This document shows, piece after piece, positions 25,001 to 39,175 of a stretch of 64,000 bases of DNA; position 1 is the first letter of the stretch, and each line of letters starts with the position of its first letter. The DNA comes from Laetmonice hystrix (taxonomy: Eukaryota). The translations under genes and the position numbers were made by a program. The notes under the pieces were generated by a model, which was not told where the DNA came from, made no database searches, and saw only the letters and a list, made by a program, of their open reading frames with translations. The stretch lies in contig OZ249437.1 of NCBI GenBank assembly GCA_965235115.1, positions 5,890,001 to 5,954,000 on the forward strand. The letters are read 5' to 3'.

Positions 25001-27778
25001 TGAAGGAAATTGGATCATACGGGTAAGCACTAAAGGTCGTCTTTTCAATTATGTATAGGAAAGCTGCTTCATAGAAGCAGACAGTTGAGATCACAAAGAC
25101 AGTGCACAGTTAGTTTTATTACGCTGTTGCAGCAACAGGACTTTCTAACTCAGGATGGAGGCCTTTAGAAAAAGCAAACAAACATAAATTTACTTTTTGT
25201 CTCTGTCTATCAATCACTAGACAGTGCAGTTTTCTGGAAATCACTACATTGGTTAAGTATTTCTTATAGTATTTCTCCTCCCCTTCGCCATTCCTGGTAG
25301 CAGCAGTGAGACTGCCAGCTACAAGTGACTTAATGGCATAATGACATTCATTCCAAAGTACCTTCTATTCCAAAGTACCTTCTGGCATAAGTTATTGCAC
25401 AATGATTAGCGCAACAGTAAAAACAGAAGAATATTCTCCTGCACATGACATCTGTACTCAAGTTTTCAGGTAAAATTCGGGTTCAAATCGCCAACCTCGC
25501 CGATTCCTCGCCATTCAACGCCACCCCCTTCAGTAAAGGCTGCTATCAGTAGGTTGTTTAACGGGTAGTGAATGACAAGAGAAATGAATTAAGTAAAAGT
25601 TTTAAAATATGGTATCCTTTGTCATGTTATTCAGTACTGAAACGTTTTTTCTCATTTATTTTTTGCTTCGTCTCAAAACTGAATTCTACATTCATGTATG
25701 GCAAATCAATCACAAAGGCCGCCTACCCTTTGTTTTGGACTATCTTTATTTAATAATTATCTTGTCCTATAATACATCTTTGTTTCTTATATAGGAATTA
25801 GGTTCCTGCAGATTTACAACCGACCAGACCTATTGGAACAAGTTCACTGAGAAACAAAGTCAAGGAAAAAACCAACTTCATTTGTTTCCCAATCATTCGT
25901 GTATTGAAGAAAACAGCCAGCTTAAAAGTGTAATATCCGACTGGAACCATTCAAAAAGCACATCTTTCTCGCCAGTTTTCCCCGGAGGAAACTCGGTCCA
26001 AATTCTGCGATAAGTGATGGCTGGTATGGATAATGACGGAAAACGACTGCTCTGAGGGATGGCAGGCATGTTGTGTCGGTCCGGAGGTACCAGTCAAACA
26101 AATATGTAAACCTGCTGCCACCAGCTTCAATCAATGACAAAACCACTCTATGGGCAACCTGGTATATGAAAAAATGAAAATAAAATAGACAACGATGTAA
26201 TTGTAAGTTATATATGAAAACTAACAATAATTTCATAAATCAGGGGCATACCATATGTAAGGCCAAGATGTCCTTTTTTTTAAAATAAGATCTTGATTTT
26301 AAAATTCCTGCCACTGATGACTTCATAATATCTGTGGCTTTTATTTTGTTTTATATCAAACTTCTACAATTGTCACTGAAAGGAAAGCACCAGTGTCAGT
26401 AACACATTCAGAATCCAACTGAGAAAGCCAAGATTTCTCGTTTACAACTGTCATCAAACGAGGCCACGGAAATAATCTGTACATGCTTTCACACAGAATG
26501 ACAGTGTGTTTGTGTGAGCAAGCGTTTGTGTCCTAGGAACATGGTAGGTCACACAGCGGCCCCAAGCCAGTTAGTGGCCGTTACTTAGGAGAAGGGTATA
26601 TTAACAAGCCAGTTAGTGGCCGTTAATTAAGAGAAGGCTATATTAACAAGTCCTGAAGGCAAGCAAATGAATAAATGAACGAATAATTTGGACTTGAGTG
26701 TCGAGGCACTGGTTTTCGTTGGTTCTCCAAGAAGTGGATGATACATACATTCCCAGTTGATGTATCAGCCTTACAAGAACCTCATAGCGCATCAATCAAA
26801 GTGACAAGCAATTTTTTACCTAGGTGGCCTACATAATTTACATCCTGTCTAATGATAGGAGAAATGGGATTCGAGGCTATTTACCGGGTACAAATTTCGT
26901 TAGAGGTTACAATGGAAATTATTGCAGACAAGGTCTGAGCAAAAGTGCGCTTTTTATTCCGGCACAAAGGTACTCTGTTTCAGAAGGATAAGCCTATACA
27001 TAATCCACTGATCTATTCAAATTTCTACAACAAATTAGTTTTGACTTTAATGTACTAGATCTTTCGCATCTTCCTTGCCATGTATGTATTTGCAATAAAA
27101 AGTTATTCGGAAAGATAAAAACCACAATATAATCTATGGTGTTGGTTTTCGGAACACAGTAGGCACTATGGGTAATAAGATTACCATGCAGAACGTCAAT
27201 CATTGGCTCCACATAAGTCTCAAATAAGCTAAAATTGGGCTCTGTGACATAGCAACGGTTAACACTTTTCAATAAGACCCTGACAAATGCATTGTATGCC
27301 AGTTTCTAAGACTAAATCTCAACGAACATATGGATGTCATAAAATGATCGAAAGAGCGACAATTTACGGACCTAAATAAAACTGTCTGGTGAATCTGATT
27401 TCTGAGTTATTTCACAATGTCCTATTTTGTATCCATTTATTTACACAGATGGTTGCCATTATCAAACTCACTTACAGACCAACGTGAGGTCCTAAAAAAG
27501 TGCGTCGAGAAACAAGACTAAATTCTTCTGAGTGCAACAGCTATGATTTACCTCTAGTAACGTTGTAATAATAGTAATTGTAGTAATAGTGCAATTACTA
27601 GATACAATTACAGGTAAAGATAACAACCACTTGATTTTATAACCTTTGATTGCTGGAGCAACATCCATAAGACAATGTGCCAGAAGCATGAACAAATCTT
27701 GATACTAAAATAAAAGGACCATGAATGATAATACCCTAAGGGCAAGCTTTGATTGCATAACTTCCAAAATTATTTGGG

Positions 27779-27940
27779 TCAATTCTTGTTAGATGAGCCG
27801 AGGTTCATGGCCAGCTCTTGCCCTGCCATTTCCACACTGATTGACTTGCAATAAGGCCACCAGGGTGCAGGCGGAATGTCCAATAGTGTGCGCCCTAGGA
27901 CGTGAGAGCCGGTATTAGGCCGGGCAATGAATACATTCTC
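27779..27940 (+). pseudogene. Possible second FN3 relic
   Basis: One frame reads SILVR*(TGA for TGG)...D*LAIRPPG...AGIRPGNEYIL. The W-to-Y spacing of 46 codons is FN3-like. Several stops are present. Confidence 0.3.
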
Positions 27941-28561
27941 TGATAGCAACACACCAGCATACACAACGAACTCTCCAAGGGCAGTTCATCAAGAGTAGCT
28001 CTCTCGCAGTCACTTAGACCAGGTAGAATGGTGTATTGTATTTCCTGGCCGTTTCCCGGCTCCAATTACACACAGCTTATTGAGATCCATCCTTTCCGCT
28101 ACGCTAAACACAGAAACAGGACTAGAATGTATTCATCAGCGGGGGGCAGGGCAGCACCCAGCCCCTCCTCAACCTTCGCCTTCACAAACCTGCAAACTAA
28201 AGACGACCCCCATGTTAATGCTGACATGAATGAGAAACGCCGTTGTTGATTTACTCTAAAGGCCTTAGGATATTCTCTTGAACTGTGGGCAGTGGGGATG
28301 ACTGTCAACATCGGTGTTTCTAATTCAATGAAGAACTGCAGATTGGGAGAGTCACGTGCACAAGTCGTGGGAGATGGTCGGGACTAACTCCTCACGAACC
28401 TGTGAGTAGGGACGAATAGTGAATAACCAGGCGACTGAAATAAAAATAACATATACCGTATATACCTAATAGATGGCCGCACCCAAAAGATCGCCGCAGG
28501 GGGGATTTGGACCTCATGGTCAGGGAAAAAAGGTTCCTGGAATGACTGAGCTCCTTCCTGA

Positions 28562-28635
28562 TCCCCCCCCCCCGTCGCCGACCCCCCCCCCCCCCGTCGC
28601 CGACCCCCCCCCCCCCCCCCGTCGATCCGCCACTG
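28562..28635. mobile_element. Poly-C/GTCGCCGAC micro-array ending in a hAT-like terminus
   Basis: (C)n-GTCGCCGA repeats followed by GATCCGCCACTG (reverse complement CAGTGGCGGATC). The partner terminus was not found. Confidence 0.4.
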
Positions 28636-30064
28636 GATACATGTAACCCTCCTCTGCTCCCATTTGGTGAGAATGGTTCTTCTACCCCCGGTATTTAACC
28701 CTCAAGTTCTTGGAATCATATTTGTTTGAAGCCGTTATACTATGCAGGCTTTAAAGTATTTTCCTTTTCAATACATGGGGTTTGATATCATCACAGTGCC
28801 TGTTGATGGGCCAACCATCAGCCATACTGCAGTGATGTGGTCGTGATGGTGGTAGTTAGTTGGTGGGTATATCAGTTTCAACAATGGTGCTGAAGGTAAT
28901 ATTATGTTTCTCAGCGAAATAAAGGAGACCAAAGCGCTTTGAATGTTGAAGAACAGCCTAGGGTGACGATAAGTGTTAAAGAACAAAAGGTGTCCATTGC
29001 TTAGTACAGACACATCAGAAGCAACTTTAGATCCCTTTCTCTCGAACAGTTCATACGTTACGCTTTTGTTATGAGAAGATTATGTAAAAAACAGAAATAG
29101 TTCTTGCTTGAGCCGTATGCACCATTAGATGATGGACGATGATTGATTGTACTTTCACCATAATGTGTTTACTGTGCGCCTCAAATTTCCTACTTTACAC
29201 ATCTAGTTCTGGCTTCTTGTGTCACTTTATCTCCAGGCCCTTCCAGTTTTCATATGAAGGGCACTAAATTTTTCTGATAAATCAATTTAACAAGAAGGAC
29301 TGAAGCACATTGGACACTTCTTTCTACTGTAAACCTTTCACAGACGGGAGACGACGAGATAAAAAATACGTGCTTTCAATGGTACAGATTAAATGACACT
29401 TTGCTTTTTAAAGCGAGGATACTTTTCGCACACCTTTCGAAAGACACTTCAAGGAAAGTTTACTTTAAATTTTCCAATATCACCCTCTATCACTCTACCA
29501 CACTCTATCGTTTGGCATCTAGTTATATATTGTTAAAAATATTGCCGGAGTACGATGACCATGTGGATTATGGTAGGTGTTGAAAAAACACATTGTCGTA
29601 AAGCCCCTTTCCAATAAAGCAAATTATCCCCCCAAAAATATACGGAATGGCAATGCAAACGCATAGGCTGGAAATATAGCTCAAATAGTTATTTGAAAGG
29701 AACAGTCACACTGGTATTTGAGACACCAGACGTGTGATTTTGGTTTGGGGTAATAAGACTACTCAGAAAACAACATTCCTCTTCTCAACCAAAACACTTT
29801 GCACATGCTACTCGTGATGAAAATATACATTTGGACCTCTGCATTTTCATTGCCGTTTAGTATATAACTAGTTCAAGGTTACCTTCAATTGCATGCCTGG
29901 TCCGCTAAATATCTAGGTACAGTGAAGACAACTGTGGAAAATCAGTAGTGTGTATTAGCAATGCGCGGGCATCCTCAAATCACACAACATGTCATGGCAT
30001 CGTAACAAGTTCCACTCAAGTCCTTTGAGACCTTCCAGTGTCATCCAAGATGGACAATGTTGGC

Positions 30065-31071
30065 ACAACATTCCTTCTGTCAGGTGAGCTCACCAACCAG
30101 GCGATGTGTGCTCCTTATGTCATATCAACACTCCTTACAACATTCGTTCTGTCAGGTGAGCTCACCAACCAGGCGATGTGTGCTCCTCATGTCATATCAA
30201 CACTCCTTACAACATTCGTTCTGTCAGGTGAGCTCACCAACCAGGCGATGTGTGCTCCTCATGTCATATCAACACTCCTTACAACATTCGTTCTGTCAGG
30301 TGAGCTCACCAACCAGGCGAGGTGTGCTCCTCATGTCATATCAACACTCCTTACAACATTCGTTCTGTCAGGTGAGCTCACCAACCAGGCGATGTGTGCT
30401 CCTCCTGTCATATCAACACTCCTTACAACATTCGTTCTGTCAGGTGAGCTCACCAACCAGGCGAGGTGTGCTCCTCATGTCATATCAACACTCCTTACAA
30501 CATTCGTTCTGTCAGGTGAGCTCACCAACCAGGCGATGTGTGCTCCTCATGTCATATCAACACTCCTTACAACATTCGTTCTGTCAGGTGAGCTCACCAA
30601 CCAGGCGATGTGTGCTCCTCATGTCATATCAACACTTACAACATTCGTTCTGTCAGGTGAACTTACCAACCAGGCGATGTGTGCTCCTCATGTCATATCA
30701 ACACTCCTTACAACATTCGTTCTGTCAGGTGAGCTCACCAACCAGGCGATGTGTGCTCCTCATGTCATATCAACACTTACAACATTCGTTCTGTCAGGTG
30801 AACTTACCAACCAGGCGATGTGTGCTCCTCATGTCATATCAACACTCCTTACAACATTCGTTCTGTCAGGTGAGCTCACCAACCAGGCGAGGTGTGCTCC
30901 TCATGTCATATCAACACTCCTTACAACATTCGTTCTGTCAGGTGAGCTCACCAACCAGGCGAGGTGTGCTCCTCATGTCATATCAACACTTCTTACAACA
31001 TTCGTTCTGTCAGGTAAGCTCACCAACCAGGCGAGGTGTGCTCCTCATGTCCTATCAACACTCCTTACAAC
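30065..31071. repeat. Minisatellite, 72-bp unit, ~14 copies
   Basis: Unit ACAACATTCGTTCTGTCAGGTGAGCTCACCAACCAGGCGATGTGTGCTCCTCATGTCATATCAACACTCCTT. Two units have a 3-bp deletion. Confidence 0.97.
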
Positions 31072-34001
31072 AAAAGTTGTGTTATCTCAGATAGTCATTA
31101 CAGCAACATTTTCTATTCATATGTTTGATTACCCATTCAGGCCACATAATGACCACAGTTGCCCTGGACGACTCCTACTGATGTGGTATATAACGCAATC
31201 TGCATTTCCCATTCCTAACTTTCTATCTTGGTATTGGTTACGGTGACGTCTAATTCAAACACGATTACTTGTGCATCCTTGTTAATCAACCCTGACGCAT
31301 AATGGATGAATCAATATGAAACATACAGGCGAGGAGCATCAAGGTGCTACAGCCACATAATCCCTTTCATGCATATCCTCCAAACATTATATACCATGTA
31401 TTACTTAGTGGATAATGCATGGCAGCGTGGAGCCGTGATAGTATGCATACTGTCACGGGCATTAATCGGAGGGCATATTATCAGGGCATAATGCAACTTT
31501 ACAGATCCAGCTAATGCTAAACCTCAACAAAACCTGATGGTTTCTGCCATCTACACTAGAAGAAAATTCTCATTTATCCTCGAATCTCAAGGATCCACTG
31601 CTTTGTCATCACTTTTCAACTGTCATTGACTCCTCAGGCAGATATTTTTTGCCGAAGAGGCGGCGGCATCACATCTTCAGTTTTTCTTTATAACTGCAAG
31701 GCACAACTCATGTAATCTGCCATTGGTACTCGTATCTCGGTGTCTTTATGATGTGCTCGGCTCAAGTTCCTCCATCGCCATGGTGTCCTATCTCTATCTC
31801 TCGGCTACATGCCACATTCTCATTATTCTACCACATGACGGGCATATGATCTCAAAAGGCTCTTGTTTGATACACAATGTCACCGGATTTCCCGCAGCGT
31901 TCACCCTCAAGGATTTTTAGAATTAAGTTTGGGACGAGAGCCCTTTGTATCTGCATGAAAATTATTTCCATTACGCAGCGACATGAACGGAATTAGAATC
32001 GCAAAACACGCCCTTCAAGTGTCGTGTTCGCAGCGGACGTTTTCCGTTTTGTATTGTGGCGGTTATACAAAGAGGAAACCAAAAAAAACACGGATGTTGG
32101 CAATATAGGAAGCGAGTGCAAGGATGAAATATCAACCCCACATATATTGCAACAGGAGTATGTCTACTGGCTCGTCTGGTAAATCCAGCCTGAGATAGTA
32201 GAAACAATAACACATCGACTGATGGAGGTTTATGGTCATTTTGTACAGATACTTCCTATGTGGGGCCACATGACTTGTGTTTCGTTTTACACTTGGTCAC
32301 TATCCAATAATGGCAGTCATCTTTGTTCTGTTCACCCACTAAGGTTTCAATGACCTTTTTCACGTGGATAATTCAGAATAATTTACCAAATTTCTTTCCA
32401 TGCTTTCATTCAGATAGATGGTTTCAACAACAACAAAATATTTAAAGCTTCTTTTCCTATTATATTTTTGTAAATAAAGAAAAACTGTCACTTTGCATGT
32501 GAAATCAATACTTTCCAAACAAACCGCTTATACCCTATTACAAATAAGACACTCGTTCCTTACAATTTTCGGTGAGATTTTAATGTTTATTTTTATGTTT
32601 GAAACACGAACCGATGGCCCCGGTGACATGCTCGATAATTGGAATTAATTCAGGCACATTTCAAAAATCATAAAATATGAAGACAGGAAAACGTAGCATC
32701 AATGCTACTCCTGGTTTTATCCTTATTTGGCGGCCGAACCGGATGGCGAGAAAACCAGTGAGTTACCATGTGCATGAAATGAAATTATTTATTTACAGAA
32801 ACCTAGGATTTGTCAAACAGAAATAACAAATTCCAATCCATGCATTCTCGTGCAGCTGCATGTCTGACTCGGAAGCAATCTGTCCTGTAATTTAAGATGA
32901 GATACTGGCACGAAAACAGGCAGGAGAGACTACAGTCAAACAGAATACCAAAGCCCAGTCCACGTCGAGTACACGCTTGCCTATTAAACTAAAATAGAGT
33001 ATTATGGTCAATGTCGGAGTGTCGAAATTGATATTCCATATAAGGACGGATGTCATGCTTAGGCTGTTTTTAGCGGGTGGTCACGCGTAGGCTATTAATA
33101 AAACTGCTTATTTAACGGGTGCTTGGTCGAATAAATAGTGTAACACGTCCAGTCAGGACGAGTTTGCTGCACAATAATGCGGCAACTACGACGCCATCTG
33201 TTCGTAAATTGATAGCATCTCTGGCACAATCTCGAGTTCTTTTTTTTTACCACCGGCGCGAACACGTTCACCGTTTTACACCGCGTACCCCATCGCAACC
33301 AGCATAAATGTGAGGTGCAGCCTCGAGTTGAGTAGATCGATTTCTGACTAGAGTTCACTCTTGGTTCAGACTTACCATACCTCTGCCCCATGTCCTCAGA
33401 TCTCCAATTCTCTGTGTACAATATCACATCAATCGTCACATTGCAGCAACAAATATTATTTGCATTTTCTCGTTTGTGTATACATGTATTTGAATAATAT
33501 TGTGTGAAACAATCCGGAAAGTCACCAAATCTTATAAAGCCACCATTTATCTAAAAGGCTCATTGAACTTTCCATGCACTATCATTCACGACCATTTCAA
33601 ACTGGCTACTTCACAAGCAAAAGTTATTCGGTAATTTTCTTTTATCCCTTCGAAGAGTCTGTGGTCAGCATCTCCTCAGTGAACTAGATCTGTTCCCATA
33701 TCAAGAAATGAGGTGCACCATTGACTGGCTTCCCGAGTGACAAGTGATGGCCTGCTGGCCAGCTGCCACAGCAGTCTCATTTCCTTACCTCCTCTTGCCA
33801 TTTCCCCGAACCCACAGCGCATAAATGTACTGACATGTCCACATTTCCTTGGTGCTGCGCCACATATCAACAGCACCGCACAAGTCTGCTATCAAGTTCT
33901 TCAAGTGTAAAATCCATATGCTCTCTGCAGCGCTTTAGTTCGGTTCTCCCGACGAGATCTGGATCAATTAGAACACCAGGACCATGTTAATCTGTTTGAG
34001 A

Positions 34002-35217
34002 AGGAACAGGTTTATTGTTCCTTGAGGCAATGCCCCACAAGGCAGGAACAGGTTTATTGTTCCTTCAGGCAATGCCCCACAAGGCAGGAACAGGTTTATT
34101 GTTCCTTCAGGCAATGTCTCACAAGGCAGGAACAGGTTTATTGTTCCTTCAGGCAATGTCCTACAAGGCAGGAATAGGTTTATTGTTCCTTCAGGCAATG
34201 TTCCACAAGGCAGGAACTGGTTTATTGTTCCTTGAGGCAATGTCCCACAAGGCAGGAACAGGTTTATTGTTCCTTCAGGCAATGTCCCACAAGGCAGGAA
34301 TAGGTTTATTGTTCCTTCAGGCAATGCCCCACAAGGCAGGAACAGGTTTATTGTTCCTTGAGGCAATGTCCCACAAGGCAGGAACAGGTTTATTGTTCCT
34401 AGAGGCAATGTCCCACAAGGCAGGAACAGGTTTATTGTTTCTCGAGGCAATGTCCCACAAGGCAGGAACAGGTTTATTGTTCCTTCAGGCAATGCCACAC
34501 AAGGCAGGAACATGTTTATTGTTCCTTCAGGCAATGTCGCACAAGGCAGGAACAGGTTTATTGTTCCTAGAGGCAATGTCGCACAAGGCAGGAACTGGTT
34601 TATTGTTCCTTGAGGCAATGTCCCACAAGGCAGGAACTGGTTTATTGTTCCTTTAGGCAATGCCCCACAAGGCAGGAACTGGTTTATTGTTCCTTGAGGC
34701 AATGTCCCACAAGGCAGGAACAGGTTTATTGTTTCTTGAGGCAATGCCCCACAAGGCAGGAACAGGTTTATTGTTCCTAGAGGCAATGTCCCACAAGGCA
34801 GGAACAGGTTTATTGTTTCTTGAGGCAATGTCCCACAAGCCAGGAACAGGTTTATTGTTTCTTGAGGCAATGCCCCACAAGGCAGGAACAGGTTTATTGT
34901 TTCTTGAGGCAATGCCCCACAAGGCAGGAACAGGTTTATTGTTCCTTGAGGCAATGTCCCACAAGGCAGGAATAGGTTTATTGTTCCTTGAGGCAATGCC
35001 CCACAAGGCAGGAACAGGTTTATTGTTCCTTCAGGCAATGTCGCACAAGGCAGGAACAGGTTTATTGTTCCTTGAGGCAATGTCCCACAAGGCAGGAACA
35101 GGTTTATTGTTCCTTGAGGCAATGTCCCACAAGGCAGGAACTGGTTTATTGTTCCTTTAGGCAATGCCCCACAAGGCAGGAACTGGTTTATTGTTCCTTG
35201 AGGCAATGTCCCACAAG
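34002..35217. repeat. Minisatellite, 42-bp unit, ~29 copies
   Basis: Unit GGAACAGGTTTATTGTTCCTTGAGGCAATG(C/T)CCCACAAGGCA. Confidence 0.97.
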
Positions 35218-37643
35218 TTCCATGACAAATGAACTGGACGAAGGATTGACTGGTCTCCAAGACTTGCATAACACTGCCACCAATGGCTCAACGGGGAATA
35301 ATGACTCGATCAACGATCGAGCCGTCCTGTACCACAGCTTCAGAAAGCAACATGAAATTCGTTATTTTAGACGCATTAATTAATCGCTTCTTATAGTCAC
35401 AAGATACACCATATCTTTAAAGGTTGCCGTATACCTTCCGTTTTACCCTGACATGCCATCCTTGATGAACACCACTTAGATTCATTTCTTAGGTTACTCC
35501 ATCAGCAAGAGAAAGATAGACTTACTGTTTCACCATTACAGTACACACCGGAGATAGGTCGTCTTAACGGATGCTATACGGTATATGACGACGAGGTATA
35601 GATGATGTCTAACATATCACTCAGGTTACAAGAGATGGGATCTATGCCAGCCACTGTCCATGACCTTGGTAATATGACACCAACTCTACCTGTGTACCAT
35701 CACCTAAAGAAATAGAGAAAATAATCTAGAGCTCTTGTATTCACGCTGAGTCTCAAATCGAAACGACTGCCACGATGACGAGTGCTAGACCTATAGCCGA
35801 GTTGCAGCGGAGCGGACTACTCGCTGGCACGACAGAGTTGGCCTGCCATGTTCTGTCGACTTGGATACGTTCCTGCCGTGGTTCAATAAGACAGGATGCC
35901 AGATGTTTGCATGTTATTCCACTTGGCCCAGTGATTCCGGATTACCGTCTTAGGAGCCAGATATTTTTAAAAATAATAATAAAAAAATTTTTTTAAAAAA
36001 AGAACAGTTGGGGAGGCGCTGCCGGCTTGGTGGCAGGCCCAAGGTTGTTGTCTCTCTGTCAGTCCAAGTTATTGATTCAGCTACCTGCTTCATCATATGT
36101 GATAAATTATCATGCTAGATATAAATCTAGATACATCCCACATTCATGTAACAAGACATATTTGATTTCTGCTTTACATTGTGGACTAAAGCAGGCAAGA
36201 GGACTGAGGCTGAACGCAGCCAATCTACATTACGTTTGTCAGCCAACCACGACACATGCACTCACTTGCTAATTGATTCATCCTAAATATCATCTATAAT
36301 AACACAGACGGGCCCCCAGCACGTCTATTAGAAGACGTGGCCGTGGGCCTTGTTCCGACTCGACTGTTCCGTGTTAAAGATGAACCACCGCTCAGCATGC
36401 CGTGGGCGGTTTGTGAATCGCAGACGACCAAAAGTAGCGGGGCCTGAAGTGGAGGAGAGCCAGTGGTCTGTCGATCATTGAATCGTCGTGTAAGTGGCCT
36501 CCTCCGGTCAGTTTATCTCAGGAACTCCCCCAGGTCGATGAATACTTGACATAGTGAGGGTTGGACCAAGCCTGGTACTCCTTGACTGATAGCGCCGGAC
36601 TCCTGCCTCCAATCTGGGCGATCCCACTAAAAAAAACCCATTGCAATGTAATGGGTACAACTTTCGCCAAATCCTTCTGGAAGTAACGATCATCCGATTT
36701 CGAGTCATCGCCGACTAGGGGAGTGGGAACACACACCTGTGTTTCTCGGCTTGTTGTCAGTAATATTCTTTCTGGAATGACTGGATGAGAATTGACAGTC
36801 CCACACCGAGGGCAGAACAGCGCAACTGCAAAATAGAAAAAAAGACCCACTGTCTCCCGCTAACCCACGGGAATACTCTTTTTGAACACATCGCTCCAGG
36901 GCCGAAAAAGAACCTGCAATTATTGAGAGTTTTGGAGGTCCGAATATAATGTGCTCTGCTAGGCAGCTAATTATTAATAGTTGATGGACACGTTGATAGA
37001 CTTACTGCTGACCTGGCAGTTAAAAATCTAAAAGGTTTCTGGTATTCAAATCCATAAACGCCTTTATTCCAAAATTGATTTCTTCCAGTTCCAATACAAT
37101 AGTTAATCACCTTCGCATCCTAAAAGCACCTGGGGCTTGTACATTAGTCATGGGCATTGCCTGAGCCTCATCTGCCATTGGTATTTACCGATAATCCACA
37201 TGAATAATCAAGCATATGCTTCAAGTCAGCCAGCCATAACCCAAGGCATCAAGACTTGATTTATATTCCAAGAGAACAATCTAAAGAAGCGGAAAGTCCC
37301 ACACCGCGCCCTGAACCCCCAAGTGGATTCTGAAATGATTGTTCTTTGTTCCAAAACAGAAAGAAATGAGGGGATCTAGAGGCGCTATACATTCAGGCTT
37401 CTGTGCTCACAGACAGAAATCTATAGCAAAGTCTACAAATCTTTGCTAATTTCATGCTACAATGGCTCTCATGGATTTTCTCAAATGAAAGCACCCACCC
37501 ACTCCTACACACAAAACACAAAGAACAAGAGGAGAGAAACAAGGGAAGGGGAGAAGAGAAAGAAGAGAATATAGGAAGAAAGTTACTGCCGTAACAGCTA
37601 AACAGAACAGTTCTGAGTGAAAACTAACTGATACCTGGCTTAC

Positions 37644-37718
37644 ATCTTTCCATGTGATATAGAGGGGTTTGGCCGAGGGTAGTGAAAGGGTTGCATGTTT
37701 TACAGCTTCCAGTAACAC
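37644..37718 (-). CDS. Candidate 75-nt internal exon (VLLEAVKHATLSLPSAKPLYITWKD), unidentified
   Basis: Acceptor CTTTGTACCGTTTTCCAG and donor GAT|GTAAGC. Open in phase 0-0. No homology recognised. Confidence 0.25.
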
Positions 37719-39175
37719 CTGGAAAACGGTACAAAGACGATGTGACATGTACAAATATGAAAGGAATATTACATTAAATGGAATGAGGCTAACAGGCAAC
37801 TATAACACGCCTAACTTGTCAGTAAGTGACGAAAAGATGGCAATTCTTTATTTCTGTGTAAACTGAAATTCGTGTACATCCATTGCCTACATCTGTTATC
37901 ATTTCCTTGGCTGGAGTCACAAGTCACTAAAGTGACGAGTACAACTGAATGCACCATTAACTTGCCACACAAACCGGGGCGGAGGCAGAGAACCAATTGC
38001 TGTTAACAGTAGAAGCCTATTTACCTGAGGCGAGGATTGCTCGGGCCCTGTGCAAACACAGTTCTCCCGCGACGTTACCGCTATTGCCGTCCGAGATCCT
38101 GCCATCAGAAGTCTTAAAGAAACCACGCCTGTCATTAGGAATGTCACAGTTGCATGGAGCTTAATTTGCTTTCCTTGATTTCCTCTCTTGGCTGCACACA
38201 GGATGCGGGCAAAATGAGACGTGCAGTCTTCATTGGCCTGTAAGCTGGACAAGCCGGGTCAGCTTGGCGAGGGCACAGAACGATGTTTCCAATCAAGACA
38301 AGGTTGCACGGTCATCTACTGACCTGACCTACTTCACGCTGACAGTCCTCACCAATGGTTTTCTTCTTACACCCAATCCATGGCTCTCTCAAGAACAATA
38401 CCTCCACAATGAAAACGTCACTTCGAATCAAGCCCACAACGCTCGAGAAGTCTTTCTCATTCTTGTAACCAAAATTTGTTCTGAATCAATAACAAAGCAA
38501 GTAGCGGAAACCTCCTTACATTGCCATGAAAGTAGAGCAACAAAGCCTGTCTCCGAATCCCCACTGATCGTTCATTAGGTGAGAATGTTGAGAAAAGGTC
38601 ACCTTCCCGTCCAGTGTTGTAGAGAAGTTAATATCTTGCAGCTTGTAAAGTAGTTCCACAGAGCCGAACCAATATACAGGGGCTTATACCTGGGGAGTCA
38701 TGTACTCAGCAGAATTGTCCACTGTGTAGCAACTCTCACCATCCAACAATACCAAAACCGTTCTTTCACCTTAGCTTTCGTATCCTAATCCAAGTGCAAC
38801 GACAGCACAAACCAGATAATATATTTTATTATAAAATCTTCAAATTCTAAAATAAATCTTTGAAACAGTAAAGAATAGGTTAGATTTCGTAAATTCAGGA
38901 ACATGGTCTTCTGTTCAGAATCAAACGCTTTCTTCTCATCCTTGGCGGACAGATTTTAATTAGCAGACCCTTTTTTCACTTTAGAAACTGGGGATATATT
39001 TTGTATAAATGCTACTTGTGAAGTGACGACGCCAGTAATGACACTAGCCTACTTCTTAAGAGTAGACCTACACAATCTGCATGTGTCCAATGATGCTGAA
39101 TATATAAGTGTGCAGCCAAGATGATCCACGCATTTGATTAATACGAAAACATCATTGCCAATCTACCTTATGGCA

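Noticed and set aside
38025-38165. CNCDIPND... as a neurexin/CASPR-type motif
   Set aside because: Preceded by an in-frame stop, with no adequate acceptor and no further similarity.
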